Of a stretch of DNA of 64,000 nucleotides, positions 11,301 through 24,990 are shown in pieces; positions within the stretch are counted from its first letter, which is position 1, and each line of letters opens with the position of its first letter. This DNA comes from Mytilus edulis (taxonomy: Eukaryota), in assembly GCF_963676685.1 (NCBI RefSeq), contig NC_092346.1, positions 51,212,001-51,276,000 on the forward strand, given 5' to 3'. A model generated the notes under the pieces. It searched no databases. It was given only the letters and a program-made list of their open reading frames with translations, and had not been told where the DNA came from. The translations under genes were made by a program, and so were the position numbers.

Positions 11301-13417
11301 CTCGTTCGCTATGTCCGTTTCTGTATACGGACTTTTATTTTAAATTGAAGTACATAAATCTATTAGGAAAAAGTATGTATGGCTTTGTTTTCTGCTATGA
11401 CGGTTTTTAGTGCATTTTACAAGTTACTGATGTCATGTTACGTTCCGAAATGGATCTGGGGTAGAAAATGATACCGACTATTGTATACTGGATAACTTTT
11501 ACCAATTTTGACTATATCATTTAGATTCGAATACCAAATCATTCCAAATATTAAGATGGACACATAAATCAGGCACAATGGAATTTATATAGACTCAAAA
11601 TTTGCAGTGCATATAAATTTTACATGGGTTGTGTGCGTTTCCGTAATGCTGTGAATTTCTTACTAGTATATAATTTCTTACAACAATACAATAATCATTT
11701 CTTAGTATGATCATTTACCTTCAATGAGTTTTACAATGGTCGATCAGACGATCAGAAATTGCTTAACGTATCCCCATGACTAAGTCATACTACTAATGGA
11801 CAACCGTTGATAAAAAGCCATATCTATAAACTTATTAGAGTTACCCCTCTTGACATTAAGTTCAAGAAAAATACTGCATGTGTAGTAACATAAAAATTAC
11901 TGCAATGAAATCTTTGATATCATTCACAATTAAGAAGGAAAAAAGGACTTAAAATAAACACAATTTAAATTTACTCATTACAAAATTCATAAATAATATT
12001 GTTGAGAAAAGGTACCGCTAAAGATGCAGTACAAATAACGTTTCTTCAGAGTTTTTTTTTATTTTTCATTTGCAAACATTAATATAAGGGGTAAATATAT
12101 ATATTCCCAATACGCAGAAATGTAATGCGCCCAACATATCCTCGGCAGTTCATTTTTCCCCTCTAAAAATGACTTTAATTTCGATATCTTAAAATATTCA
12201 ATGATCTCCAAAATCTGTGGTCATGATATCACCTAATCAACATTCATATTAAAATCTTGATCGTGTGCACGTTATTAAGTCACGTGCTTTTATTACTTTA
12301 GTTACAAGTACATGTATGATATCTAAAATGATTTACGGGTTTGAACATCGGCAGCAGCTGCCTCTTGTTTATTTTTGTTAAAACCATATTGTGTAACATT
12401 GTTTTTAAAAAACGTTTTTATTCATGGTAGTTACACCCTAAAACAGCATCCAGTTTGTCATAAGGTTTAGCCTATTTTAAAAATATCTAACCAAAAGTTT
12501 ATCCGCTTGCCATTACCTTCTTTGAAAATCTCAGTCATGTTCTGGTTCCGTTCAAGACATTTTTATCATAACCTATCAAACGTCATTTTTGTAAAAAAAA
12601 TTATATATATCGTTATATCGTTTCGTTTCGTTTCGTAATTGTCATTGTGTTTCGATTTTGTTTCTCATTCAAGCACAACCCACCTAATGGTCCACGTAAT
12701 CGTCATTTAAAACGATGTCAGAACACTGCTTAAAAGATAATTGTAAACTTAATAATGGAATTTTTTAATGGAAAGTGCATCGATACTTGCACATTTTATG
12801 TAAAATATCTGTTTAAAACTAAATTTGTGAAACAAGTCATGATTGAGGTTCGTAAATTATTATCTTTCCTTCATATATTTCGAAGCAAGAGTAAAAAAAC
12901 AACGTTTTTATTCTATCTTGGTATGTATCTGTATCGACCAAGAACGTCTACGAATTGGAGATGAAACATGTTAAATTGTCTCAAGATATATTTGAATAAT
13001 AAAGGCAACAGTTGAAACTCGAACAAGACACCCATAAGAAAAAGTGACAATGACTGAGTTGTGTTATTCTAATCACTATGGTATATCTTGATTTAAAAGC
13101 TTTAATATTTTTTTACTTTTTTTTTAAAATGTATTGAAACTTTGATGATCAATTCAATTCCAACATGAGTGTTTTAACAGCCCAAGAATAATAACAGAAT
13201 CGGTACTCAAATGCCAAGCTTTTATTCAAAAGTGTTTATATGTAATGCGACCGTGCAAGTGACACGTGTATTTAACAAACAAGCATGCATATAAAAGAAA
13301 ATTACTAGATTCCCACCTGACCCATATAAAAAAAAAAGTCATAATTAATTGTACTTAATTGAAATGAAAACAATAAAATGATTTACTAGTATCCGAGCAG
13401 AAAGTTGATGAACCAGG

Positions 13418-14616
13418 CAGGGATGGGGTAATTGAAAATGCAATGGTAATTAAGTGTATTGCATTACAATTTTCCATGTAATTGGATGTAATGTGTTTTA
13501 ATTACATATAATGGTAATTTAATTAATTACAATAAAAAAAGCATGTAATGCTCAATTACTTTTGAATTACATTTCAATTACATGTACATTTATGGTATTA
13601 AGGATTTATATTTGATAATAAAATTGTAAAATTATATTTATTTTTCAAATATTGATATCACATATTTTTCAATATATGAAGTCTGTAATTTATTATGAAT
13701 TTTTTATATTATTTATTTGACCTACAGAATGTTTTTTTTCTAAATAATCTTATAATTTTGATAAGTAATTAATCACCTTGAAAACAAAAACAAAAAAATA
13801 TGTAAAAAATCGTTGGTAGACAGTTCATTTATAATTTAAAATCACTGCACACAATCATTTTGTCAAATTAGTATACACAAAAGGATTATAAAAATAAAAA
13901 GTAACAGCTGTAAAAACAAACAGCAATTAATCAAATTAAAATGTCAAGGGACAATGCAACTATTACATGTATTTTATCTAATTAGCAAAATGTTGCTAAT
14001 ATTTAGACATTATATACATTGTTTGTACTTAAAATTATTTTCAATATTGTGACAAACATCCTTTTTTATATTTTTGATTTAAAAATATACTTTTAATTTA
14101 TTTATCATTTTTTTATTTATACTATGTTTGATTTAAATGACTTAAAAATCTATTTCTGAGATGTCAAAATATCCGTTAATGTATTGGCAAGTTAATAGGA
14201 ACAAATTCCCTCTCCCATCAACACATCTTCTGATCATGGAAGTATAGTTCATGGAAGTATAATACGTCCATGTTCTGATCAAGCAATATCTGCCACATTA
14301 GCTCCTGTCGAAGGACTATTAAGATTTGCTGTCTGTCAAAGTGTTCAGACCAGAGAGATGCAGACTTAATGACAAAACATTAAAATTTCTAATAATAATC
14401 AAATGCTACTTACATGAATATTTTGCATATGCATTATACATACATGTATTATATTGTTAAAAAATGTTATGATAAAATGTAATGTGTAATTAATTAATTA
14501 CTTTAGTAAAGTAATTGTAATTTACTGTGTAATGTGTAATTAGTGTAATTGATCAATTTTGCAATGTAATGTATAATTTAATTAATTACATTCCAATGTT
14601 ATTGACCCCAAGTCTG
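13418..14616. mobile_element. hAT-type MITE, duplicate of 864-2062
   Basis: Same TIRs and GAACCAGG TSD. Confidence 0.85.
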
Positions 14617-15039
14617 GAACCAGGGTTATGTCAAGGAGCGTCTCTTCCTTTTTCTAAAAAAAAGTTCATCGGAAGATACCAAGACACTGTCGATAGTTAT
14701 TCAGTATCAACTTCACAACAAATACAAGATTGTACTCCTATTTTTGACATTTATACCTATTATCTCTGTTCGTTTTGTTCACACATCGTTGTCAATATAA
14801 TAGAATCGTATGTGATACAAGTGGGAGGTTTAGAAAGCTATTATAAAAACCAGGTTTAATCCACCATTCTCTACACAAGAAAATGCGTGTACCAAGTCAG
14901 GAATATGACATTTGTTATTAATTCGTTTGATTTCGCCATTTGGTTAGGGACTTTTCTTTTTGAATTTTCCTCAGAGTTCAATATTTTTGTGATGTATACA
15001 CTGTAAAATAACTGGTTAGTAACGAACTAAGCACTTTAT

Positions 15040-16317
15040 TTACCGAAGAAAGAAATATAAGGCACAACCAATGCCACCAAGGAACATAATGGTAATAATA
15101 GCAAAACCTGTTTTCCCACATTTACCTCTACAACACTGTTCACAATAAACTTCACATTTTACGTAACAGTTAAGACAACACTGACAATGACACAAATCAA
15201 ACAGAATTCCCCCGATAATTGTGAGCAGATAGCGAAAAGAAAAGCCAACAAAAAATACAATTAAAAAATATACCAATGCTGGACGATTCAAATTTAAGAA
15301 ACCGAAATATCCGCATAAAACAGCTAAAAGGATTGAACCATATCCGCCTAACACGTGCAAGGACACAATACGACAAAATTCTTTAGGACAAAGAATGTTT
15401 TTGCGTTTTGGAAGTAAACTGTGTAACACATAATAATAAAGAAAAATTGTTTCTATAGCAACCGATACTACCAGAGAAGCTCCACACGTTTTAAAAATAG
15501 CTTCCTCCGCGAGCTGTCCTGCCAAGTCACAGACAAACTTATTATACAAGAACTGCTTTGTTCCATTAAGATGCTGCTTGCTGCTTTGTTCTGCAATTCC
15601 GGATCTTGACTCCGCTACCTTAATTCTTGTCTCTGCTTCGTCAATTATATTTGCTCCTATCTTATTGCCACACTGGGGAACATGTTCTAGCGTCCCGACA
15701 CTATAACTGACGATCGCAGCAACAATAATTGTGACGTAAGCACGCCGAACTAATGAACCGGCAATAGCGCCTAATGATGATACTAGTAATGCCGCTCTTA
15801 ATCCTACTTCCCTCGAATCGATCAAAAAATTAAAACAATCTGCACGACATCGGTTATCATCCACCTGTTTACATGAACTTTTACCAGTAAGGATATACTT
15901 GACAACATGCTCACAATTATTCCAGGAAAGTTGATAATCTCGTTCTCCAAGTCGTTCGTAAAGGCGTTTCCATGCTTTGCTAAAATCGTCATCATTCTTT
16001 GGATAATCAGGGTTTTTAATTAAATGTAATCCTGGTATTTCTGTTGTGCCATATCCTAACAGATCATGATCACTTGAAATTGTCTGACATGTAAATTTTC
16101 CGGATCCTCTGCTGTCTTCGGATAAAATTTCTGCAGAACTTGTAAAATGGGCAACTGTGAATTCATCTGTTTTAACATTTTTATTGGGTATTCTTATAAC
16201 AATAAAGTGGTGATAATATTCTCCAGTGCAAAACTTGCCGCTTCTTCTTACTCTGAAGTGTGCAAATGGTGTTGCTTTGTCTTCAAAATCATTGTAATCT
16301 TTCACATGATATTCGTC
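15040..16317 (-). CDS. Duplicate of the LRAT-domain multi-TM protein terminal exon
   Basis: Translation identical to 2486-3763. Confidence 0.75.
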   Translation of the reverse strand, partial: DEYHVKDYNDFEDKATPFAHFRVRRSGKFCTGEYYHHFIVIRIPNKNVKTDEFTVAHFTSSAEILSEDSRGSGKFTCQTISSDHDLLGYGTTEIPGLHLIKNPDYPKNDDDFSKAWKRLYERLGERDYQLSWNNCEHVVKYILTGKSSCKQVDDNRCRADCFNFLIDSREVGLRAALLVSSLGAIAGSLVRRAYVTIIVAAIVSYSVGTLEHVPQCGNKIGANIIDEAETRIKVAESRSGIAEQSSKQHLNGTKQFLYNKFVCDLAGQLAEEAIFKTCGASLVVSVAIETIFLYYYVLHSLLPKRKNILCPKEFCRIVSLHVLGGYGSILLAVLCGYFGFLNLNRPALVYFLIVFFVGFSFRYLLTIIGGILFDLCHCQCCLNCYVKCEVYCEQCCRGKCGKTGFAIITIMFLGGIGCALYFFLR

Positions 16318-17361
16318 CTGAAAATAAAAAGGAACCGATAGCTGAAAACTGCAAAACAGCCGCCACTCGCATGCACATTTTGAAAGAAAAAATAAGTTCA
16401 TTGTTAGCAACTTATACTTCCTTTATTGTTAATAGATGGCCAATACCCAATAGTATTCTTTAACAACAAGAAGTCAGTGTAGTTATTAGAAACTTTAACT
16501 GGTATAAAGAAATTTTCCAGGGCCCTTATACGCAGTGGCTATTTTTGTCTCCATTTTAAAACAATTGGACAAGGGTGTTCCTGACTTTGATATGTACCTG
16601 TCCCAAGTAAGGAGCCTGTTATTCAATGGTTGTCGTTTGTTTACGTGTTAACTTTTTGTATTCGTTCTTTTTTTGTACACAAATAAGGCCGTTTGTTTTT
16701 CTTGTTTGAATTATTTTACATTGTCATTTCGGGGCCTTTTATAGCAGACTATGCGATATGGGCTTTAATCATTATTGCAGGCCGTACGGTGACCTATAAT
16801 CGTTAATTTGTGTATTATTGATTTTGGTGATCTTGCTGAGAGTTGTCTCATTTGCAATCGTCATTAATTTTTGTAATCTTGTCTTTCATCTTTTGTTTAT
16901 GTGCTTTGTCTATATTTTCCTGGGAGTTCAGTGCTTTTTGTGGTTTTACTTTTTTGTATATTAATACAAAATTTGACAAAACAAAGAAAACTAAATTATC
17001 ATTTCGAAATAAATCCCAATGCCATATCACAAACCTTCCAGCCGTTTGATCACAAAGACCCTTGTTCGTGTTAAACATTCCAAGTGTATAACATTTATTC
17101 AATCTATTCCGGGATACATACGAACATTGATATCAAGAAAGCCTCGCTTTTGACACCCTTACAGACTGGTGGATTTTAAAACAAAGGACATACTTAAAAA
17201 AAGAAAAAAATGCAGAATATTTTGATTGTTACAGAATACTGAAACCAATACATTATCAGCATTTGGGAAAAACAGTTTTGAGCAAACTTGTAATTCTTTG
17301 TCTTCGTATGACAATAAATAAACTCATCATAGCTAGATGCCAGGATTAAAATTTTATATTT

Positions 17362-17405
17362 ACGCCAGACGCGCGTTTCGTCTACAAAAGACTCATCAGT
17401 GACGC
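17362..17405 (-). ncRNA. Minimal type I hammerhead ribozyme (duplicate of 4808-4851)
   Basis: Same sequence as 4808-4851. Confidence 0.85.
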
Positions 17406-17849
17406 TCGAATCAAAAAATGTTTAAAGGCCAAAATAAAGTACGAAGTTGAAGAGAATTGAACACCAAAAGTTCCAAAAGGTTTTGCCAAAAACAGTTAAG
17501 GTAAATCTATTCATTAGGTAGAAAAGCCTTAGGTTTTGAAAAATTCAAAGTTTAGTTAACAGTTAATTTATAGTAATGAACATATCAATGATAACTCAAG
17601 TCAACACAGAAGTGTAAGCATATTTCATATCAACAGGATACAACAAAAATTCTAAAGTGAAATACTCAGACGAAGTGTGAAAAAATACCATGGAATTTGG
17701 GAAACTCTACAGAACAATTTGACATAAATGAAAATTGTGTATATGTCGGATTGGAACATTGAGACTTTTTAGGAGGCACATCTATTCTAGACGATCCGGT
17801 ACATAGTAAATTTGCTGGTTGGTCTTTTTTATAAACTTCTCTCTCTCTA

Positions 17850-19312
17850 TATATAACTCGTCTAAACATCAACCCAACAATGTTAGATCTGTAAATTTGC
17901 TTTCGCAAATCTTTTGTTCTTCACTCGCCGGGATTCGAACCCATGCTACTGAGATATCATGACACAAAATTGCCTGCACTGTAGCCGTCCCGCTAGACCA
18001 CACGACCACCTGGGCCAAATAATAAAGCTTCGGGCGGCCGTGTGTTACCTTTCCTCGTCAGTTTTAATCTAGCGGCGTACTACAGTACATGCTATATAAG
18101 GCATTGAGATGTTATTGTTACAGATCAGCTCAATTATCTATAGTAAAGGATCCTACAAATTAATGCAAGATACAGTTACAGAAAATAATTATGTTAATAA
18201 GTACGTCTGAGTCAGTTACGTCTGAGCCAGTGACAACTCTACAACAGACTTATCCATCGGATCACCAGCAGTGATGGTGACACATGGCTGTGTACATTAT
18301 GTATATACAAGTCGTCTAAACATCAACCCAACAATGTTAGATCTGTAAATTTGCTTTCGCAAATTTTTTGTTCTTCCCTCGCCGGGATTCGAACCCATGC
18401 TACTGAGATATCGTGACACCAAATCACCTGCACTGTAGCCGTCCCGCTAGACCACACGACCACATGGGCAACATAAAAATGAAGCTTTCGGTGGCCGGGT
18501 GTTACCTTTCCATGTCACTTTTAATCTAGCGTCGTACTACATTAACATGATATATAAGGCATGAAGATGTTATTCTTACAGATCGGCTAAATTATCTATA
18601 ATAAAGGATCCTACAAATTAATGTAAGATACAGTCACAGATAATAATTATAACTATAAGTACGTCTGAGCCAGTGACAACTCTACAACAGACTTATCCAT
18701 CGGATCACCAGCAGTGATGGTGATACATGGATGTGTACATTATGTATATGCAACTCGTCTCAACATCAACCTAACAATATGTTAGATTTGTAAATTTGCT
18801 TTCGCAAATTTTTTGTTCTTCCCTCGCCGGTATTCGAACCCATGCTACTGAGATATCGTGACACCAAATCGCCTGCACTGTAGCCGTCCCGCTAGACCAC
18901 ACGACCACCTGGGCTTCATAAAAATGAAGCTTTAGGTGGCCAGATGTTACCTTTCCACGTCAGTTTTAATCTAGCGTCGTACTACAGTACATGATATATA
19001 AGGCATGAAGATGTTATTTTTACAGATCAGCTAAATTATCTATAGTAAAGGATCCTACAAATTAATGTAAGATACAGTTACAGAATATAATTATATTTTA
19101 TAAGTACGTTTGAGCCAGTGACAACTCTACAACAGACTTATCCATCGGATCACCAGCAGTGATGGTGATACATGGCTTTGTACATTATGTATATACAACT
19201 CGTCTAAACATCAACCAAACAATTTGAACATCGGTATACTACTGTTGCCTTTATTTAGACCTGTACATTTGCTTTCGCAATTTTTTTGTTCTTCCATATA
19301 TATATATATATA
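17850..19312 (-). repeat. Array of three full plus one partial ~445-bp tRNA-derived, self-complementary units bounded by (TA)n
   Basis: Unit anchors at 17861, 18315, 18758 and 19203 (spacing 454/443/445); A and B boxes on the minus strand. Confidence 0.9.
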
Positions 19313-19864
19313 TAAAAGCCAGGTAACAAATTTAAACTCTTCAGCAGTAAACTACCTTTAAAAAAACCTGTCCAAAAAGTCAGTTATAAAGCTTCAACAG
19401 CAATAAATAAACAACGACCTGATTTATGATAAAACAAACGAACAATAAGTATAACAGACAACCCAGGACTGAATTACCTTTAACGGTTTAAGTGTTTATA
19501 ATTAACGTATACTTACATCATTGCTTTTACATGCAGCATTTCTCTTGTCTTCATTTTGTTTTCCTACACTATCGTCACTATATTTCTTTTCTGCATTTCC
19601 CAAATATGCACTTTGAACTTTCCCCTCTTCATTCTTTTGCTGTTGTTCATCCTTCCATTATAAAATATATAAGAATAATAGAAACTTATTTATTCAGCTG
19701 ATGTAATGACTTAAATGAGGTGAACTATTATTCTTCTTTGCAACCAAAAATCTAAAATTTGACTACAATTTCTTATAACTATGACCTTGACGCTAAACGT
19801 AGATAAGGTATTATAGCTAGCTATAAAATCAGGTTTAATTTAACATTTTTACGTAAGAAAATCC

Positions 19865-19995
19865 CTGTCAGGATTATGACAGTTGTTGTCCCTTCGTTTA
19901 ATGTGTTTGAGCTTTTGTATTTTGCAATTTGATTAGGGACTTTCTGTTTTGAATTTTCCTCGGAGCTCAGTATTTTTGTGATTTTACTTTTTGCA
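19865..19995 (+). repeat. Dispersed repeat family (relatives near 2340-2440, 20360-20490, 21220-21310, 27275-27390 rev, 52390-52530 rev)
   Basis: Shared ATGACAGTTGTT and TTTTCCTCGGAG...GTATTTTT motifs. Confidence 0.6.
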
Positions 19996-21375
19996 AAGAT
20001 AATGTTAAGTGCAACTACTAATTTCATAGAAAAGCTAACTTTAAAATAACTTCTTTCTATATATATTCAAGGAATTATACATTTCGTATAATAAATTTTG
20101 CAACCGTAAGTATTAAGGTAAATCAGATAGGTCAAATCGCATATTTCACCTAACAACTGTGTTTATCTAATAGCAAGAAAATCAAAGGACCAGTCAGAAT
20201 CATAAGTCTAAGAAGGACAATCAAAACGAAAAATAAAAAAAAACTATCAGCGATCTACAGTTACAAACTAACATATTAAACGGGAAACATAACAAAATTA
20301 TACACCATCGATACACTTCTATATAATTCATGGGGAAATATTATTCATATTGTCGGATATGTCAGGAATATGACAGTTGTTGTCCATTCGTTTTTGGTGT
20401 GTTTTGTCATTTGATTTTGCCATGTGATAAGGGACGTTCCGATTAAATTTTCCTCGGAGTTCGGTATTTTAGTGATTTTACTTTTTTTCAGAACAGAGAA
20501 TAAACAAAGCAAGTAGTATTACATACAGCACACAAACATTGTAACATTTCTTATTTGTTTATACCACAATGAAACCCCCACCCTGAAAAGTATGAAATCA
20601 GGTTCTCCAGGTGGAAACTAGTCGCATTTTTAATTCTCATTTTGGCAAGTGGTCAGTCAAATTCTTTCATAATCATGAGCATTGAAACGGTAAATAGAAT
20701 TGTAGCTACGACAACTGAAACATCACGGTTGTCATCTGTAACACAGATGGTTTCTATCAGTCAACCAAGTCATGATTACGCTGAGCCTCGCAAACTTTCA
20801 AATTTATGATTCAGTTTACCACCATGAACATTTGTTAAATTCCTTCTACAGAAATAACAATGCATCTATTAGAATCCCAGGTTCCAGTATATCATATTAC
20901 AACAACCTATCAAAGTTATGAAGCTTCCTTTTTTGCACTTACATGTGACAAACAAAACCGTTCGGCTGAAGACCAAATGCCACATAAAGAGCATTGGGCT
21001 AGGGACAAAAAAGTCGCAAAGATGTAACTGTGAGTAAAACCGATGAAATGCAATGTAAATAAAGTATGGTCGAAATTAAAATTGAGATAATTGCTTAAGT
21101 TCATTTCACGATCATTGAATTATTCCCCAAAGACGTTAAGCTTTGAAATTAAATGTATCGATGGTTTATAATATTGTCATGGTTCATCTTTTCCTAGAGA
21201 TTCCCAGTGCATGTATCAAGACAAGAATATGACAGTTGTTTTCCATTCGTTTGGTGTGTTTGAGCTTTCGAATTTTCCTTCGAGTTTGGTATTTTTGTTA
21301 TTTTACTGTTTATCAATCTGTTACTATGGATCGCTGATAGTTTTTTCGATCTTTCGTTTTGGTTATCCTTCTTAC

Positions 21376-21491
21376 CAATCTAATTAAAAACCGATCTCTC
21401 ATGCTCCCGTTTTCTGATATGTCGCGTGGGAGATCTCCCACGCGACATATCAGAAAACGGGAGCATGAGAGATCGGTTTTTAATTAGATTG
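21376..21491. mobile_element. Perfect 116-bp palindromic MITE with 9-bp TSD
   Basis: Two 58-bp arms, exactly complementary with no spacer (centre AGATCT); CCTTCTTAC at 21367-21375 and 21492-21500. Confidence 0.9.
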
Positions 21492-24400
21492 CCTTCTTAC
21501 AGTTATGATTTTGATTGTCCCTGCATGAAACGGTCTTTTGTATGTGTAATTCCAGCAAGCAGCAGACCTTTTTATATCTTCTTTTACTGATTATTATGTA
21601 TTAGCGTGGTACCCTTCCGGAGCAACTGAGATCACCACCAGTTTTGGTGGGGTTCGTGTTGTTTAGACTTTAGTTTTTTTTTATGTTGTGTCTTGTGTAC
21701 TATTATTTGTCTGTTTGTCTTTTTTTATCCTTTTTTAGTCATGGCGTTGTGTAGGGTTTGCTTGTATTAAGTCAATTATAATTTTATTATTCATATATTT
21801 TTAGAATAAATTGGACTCAAATATATCGTTGCTTCAAATTCTATAGTCTTTCAGCAATTTTTATTTTAAACTAAAAAATGTGATGGAATATAAAGTTTAC
21901 AATTAACTTGCTTTATATTTTTAACTTATGTTCTAGTTTTCCTTCTTGTATTTTATATTATATAAATGATTTTCAGTAATGCAACTCTATTAAAACGATT
22001 AATAAAATTGAGAATGGAAATGGGGAATGTCTCAAAGCGACATCAACCCGACCATAGAGCAAAAAAACAGCCGAATGCCACCAATGGGTCTTCAATGTAG
22101 CGAGAAACTCCCGCACCCGGAGGCGTCATTCAGCTGGCCCCTAAACAAATATGTAAACTAGTTCAGTGATAATGGACATCATACTAAACTCCAAATAGTC
22201 CATTATTTTGAATATAGCTAACAAAAAAAGATGAAAAATATTTAAATTAATATTGACATCTGTTAAAAAATAAATGGAGGTTATATTGCCCGAGTCCGGA
22301 CATGACATACCTCATCTTTTTTCCTAATAGTATGTCTTTTTTTAATCTTTTTTTGTTATTTGTAGAATAAGGTAACATATCATTGATTGCCTTGTATATA
22401 TTTTATATTTTTTGTTTGTACATTCTATCGACTCGAGACGACCTTGATATGATTATCAGCAGACAACCTGCATTTCTCATTTTATATTAAGATAATACTG
22501 TCTAATGTATTTATACATTTTAAAGACTCTAAACGACCGTAACATTAGCAGACCATCTGCATTTTTTTATTTTATTATAAGATGATACTGTCTTATATTT
22601 CATATGAACTCTAGATGACCTTGACATCAGTTTACAAATTGCATTTTATATTTTCTAATACGTTAATACCGTTTAATTTAATTTTAAGAATAGGATATTA
22701 GTCGAGGACATATGTCCGAGTGGTTATATCATATTTATAGTACTGTTCCTTATTAATCAGTATATTATATCATATATGAGCACTTATTTTGATAGCCATG
22801 CTAATTTTATGATATAACAAGGTATCAAATGTCACTGAACTGTCTGTGTACAGTATATAGAAATGCATATAAAAAGTTTATTTATAAGAGTAGACTTCTG
22901 TCGGTGCTTTGTGTATATTGTTTTAATGTTAGAATTTTATTTTGCTTTGTTGCATTCTGAAGAGTCCATCCTTTTAAACGGGTTTTTACTGTTTGTTCTT
23001 ATGTTGTGCTGCTTCACCATTGCTAAAGGGAAGATTTGCTCGCTCAAAAACTTGTTTACCCTGTACAAATTCTCCGGTGTCTGATATCATATATGAGCAA
23101 TTATTTTTTCTATACCCATTCCAATTTCTATGATATAACCAGGTAATAAATGTCACTGTCTCTGTATAGTAACTATAAACATCTATACATCTTATTTGAT
23201 AAGTGTATATCGGTGTTTTTGTCGTTTTAATGTTATATTATTATTTTACTTCGTGGCATTCTGATGAGTCAAACAATTTCACCAAGGTCAGGGGAGAGTT
23301 GCTCGCTCACAAGCTTGTTTAATCCCGTCACATGCTGTATTGCAAGACTGTACAGTAATTAAAGGTTAGAAAGTTGGGTGAGATTGTTTAGGTAGAACAT
23401 TTTCACATAGTATGTGTCATTTATCAAAACTATATGGCTTGCATTGTCCTGCATTTTGTAGGACAGAATACTAATCTTGATCCCGTCTACTCATTTCCAT
23501 TCATTAACATGCCATAAAAAAAAACACTTTGCAAAGCCCTATTTTACAAGGCATACATATATCTAACATGTCTAAATAGCTATATCAATAATTGTAGAAC
23601 GGTGGACTTGTGCATTCTACCCTAACAATTAACAATTTGGAAATTCGCGTACAAATAGTGAACGTTAAGTGTGTTATTATTGTGTGTAAATTTACTTTAA
23701 TATGTCATTTAATGATAAGCAGCCTTTATGGCACGATAAATATATAAACAAAAACGTGTGAGAGAGTTAACAATGGCACACTTAGTATGAAAAATAATAT
23801 ATTATATAACTACCTACCGTTTGGCATATATTCGTCAAATCAAAGTTGGTATTATCAGCCATGTTTAAACCAGAAAGAAGTTTGATACGGTTACAAACTT
23901 ACATTGATATTTAATAAGTGGACCGTTGCAAGAATTTTAAATGTTGCATATTTTTAATGTGAATTACAACAATTATTGATTGACCTACACCAAGAATGTG
24001 TATTTATGATAAATCAATTCAATACACAAAATCAGTACATGCACAGTAAAAAAACACAAAAGTAAAGGAATTTGTTTATGTCTTTCACCTAGCTCTTATT
24101 TGTGTTAAAAACTTTAAATAATATTAAGATTATATTTTCAGCCACATAATTTCTTACCAAAGATGAAGCTAGTCTGTATATCATGTATATTGAACGCTTG
24201 GTTTTGAAATTTAACCTTTTCAATCTTTATGTTTTATTACATTGATCTTTTTCAATTTTTTTTTATATGTTTCACATTTTTTTTCTCACATTGATTGCTT
24301 TCATATTGATACATTGTTCTATAATTCTGTCCGTTGGATCGTCGATTTTCAAAATAATTTTGTGTGAGATCAGTCAGTTGAAGGGTTAACATATATAACT

Positions 24401-24759
24401 TTTTTTAAACTGACCAAAATACTGCAAATTTCAAATGGCAAAATGTGATTTCACAATTTAACTAGATGACTTCTATTTGGCATATCAGATTATAAATTAC
24501 GTACGAAGTTATGAACCCCTAACTATGCACTAATTTCATTGACTATTTCTTGATGCAAGTACAAATATGGAGCAGACTTAACTTTATCTAACTTCATCTG
24601 CGGCATTCATACGGGAAAGATTCAATGCACATAGTCACAAAGCTTTGAATTGTTTAGTCAGAAGACATAAATATATAGAAAGCGGAACGTAGAAGTAAAG
24701 GAAAATGTTGTTTTTAAAAATTCTTCATGAGAAGGTCCTGTATGAAATCTGCCTAATTT

Positions 24760-24990
24760 ATTGGTTGATTGATTGTTGTTTAACGCTACTTTCAGCACTA
24801 ATACGCTATTTCGTGGCAGTAAGTTTTTACTGATGGAGGAAGCTTCAGTACCAGGAGAGAACCACCGACCTTCTATAGTAATACTGGCAATCCTTGTAAA
24901 TTAAGATTGGAGTCGAAGGCACCTGTCACATGCCGGAATCGATCTCACAACATTAGTGTTGACAGGCTAGTGATACATCATTTAGACCAC
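24760..24990 (-). mobile_element. V-domain-like tRNA SINE (relatives at ~35130-35330 +, 49865-50110 -, 59457-59700 -)
   Basis: Minus strand GGTCGGTGGTTCTCTCCTGGTACT resembles the V-SINE domain; degenerate B box; CAAT-type repeat tail. Confidence 0.55.

Larger units (their letters stand above)
12555..18569 (+). repeat. Copy 2 of the duplication of 1-6015
   Basis: Same sequence and ORFs at offset 12554. Confidence 0.95.

Noticed and set aside
18905-18970. Hammerhead within the 445-bp unit (CTGACG(A/T)...GAAAGC on the minus strand in some units)
   Set aside because: Most units read CTGACGT, the cleavage triplet lacks the required U, and stem I does not abut the core
22768-23340. ~317-bp degenerate tandem pair with CTGAAGAGTC/CTGATGAGTC, a possible retrozyme
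   Set aside because: No GAAA half-core or stems follow; it looks like a local duplication of a dispersed repeat
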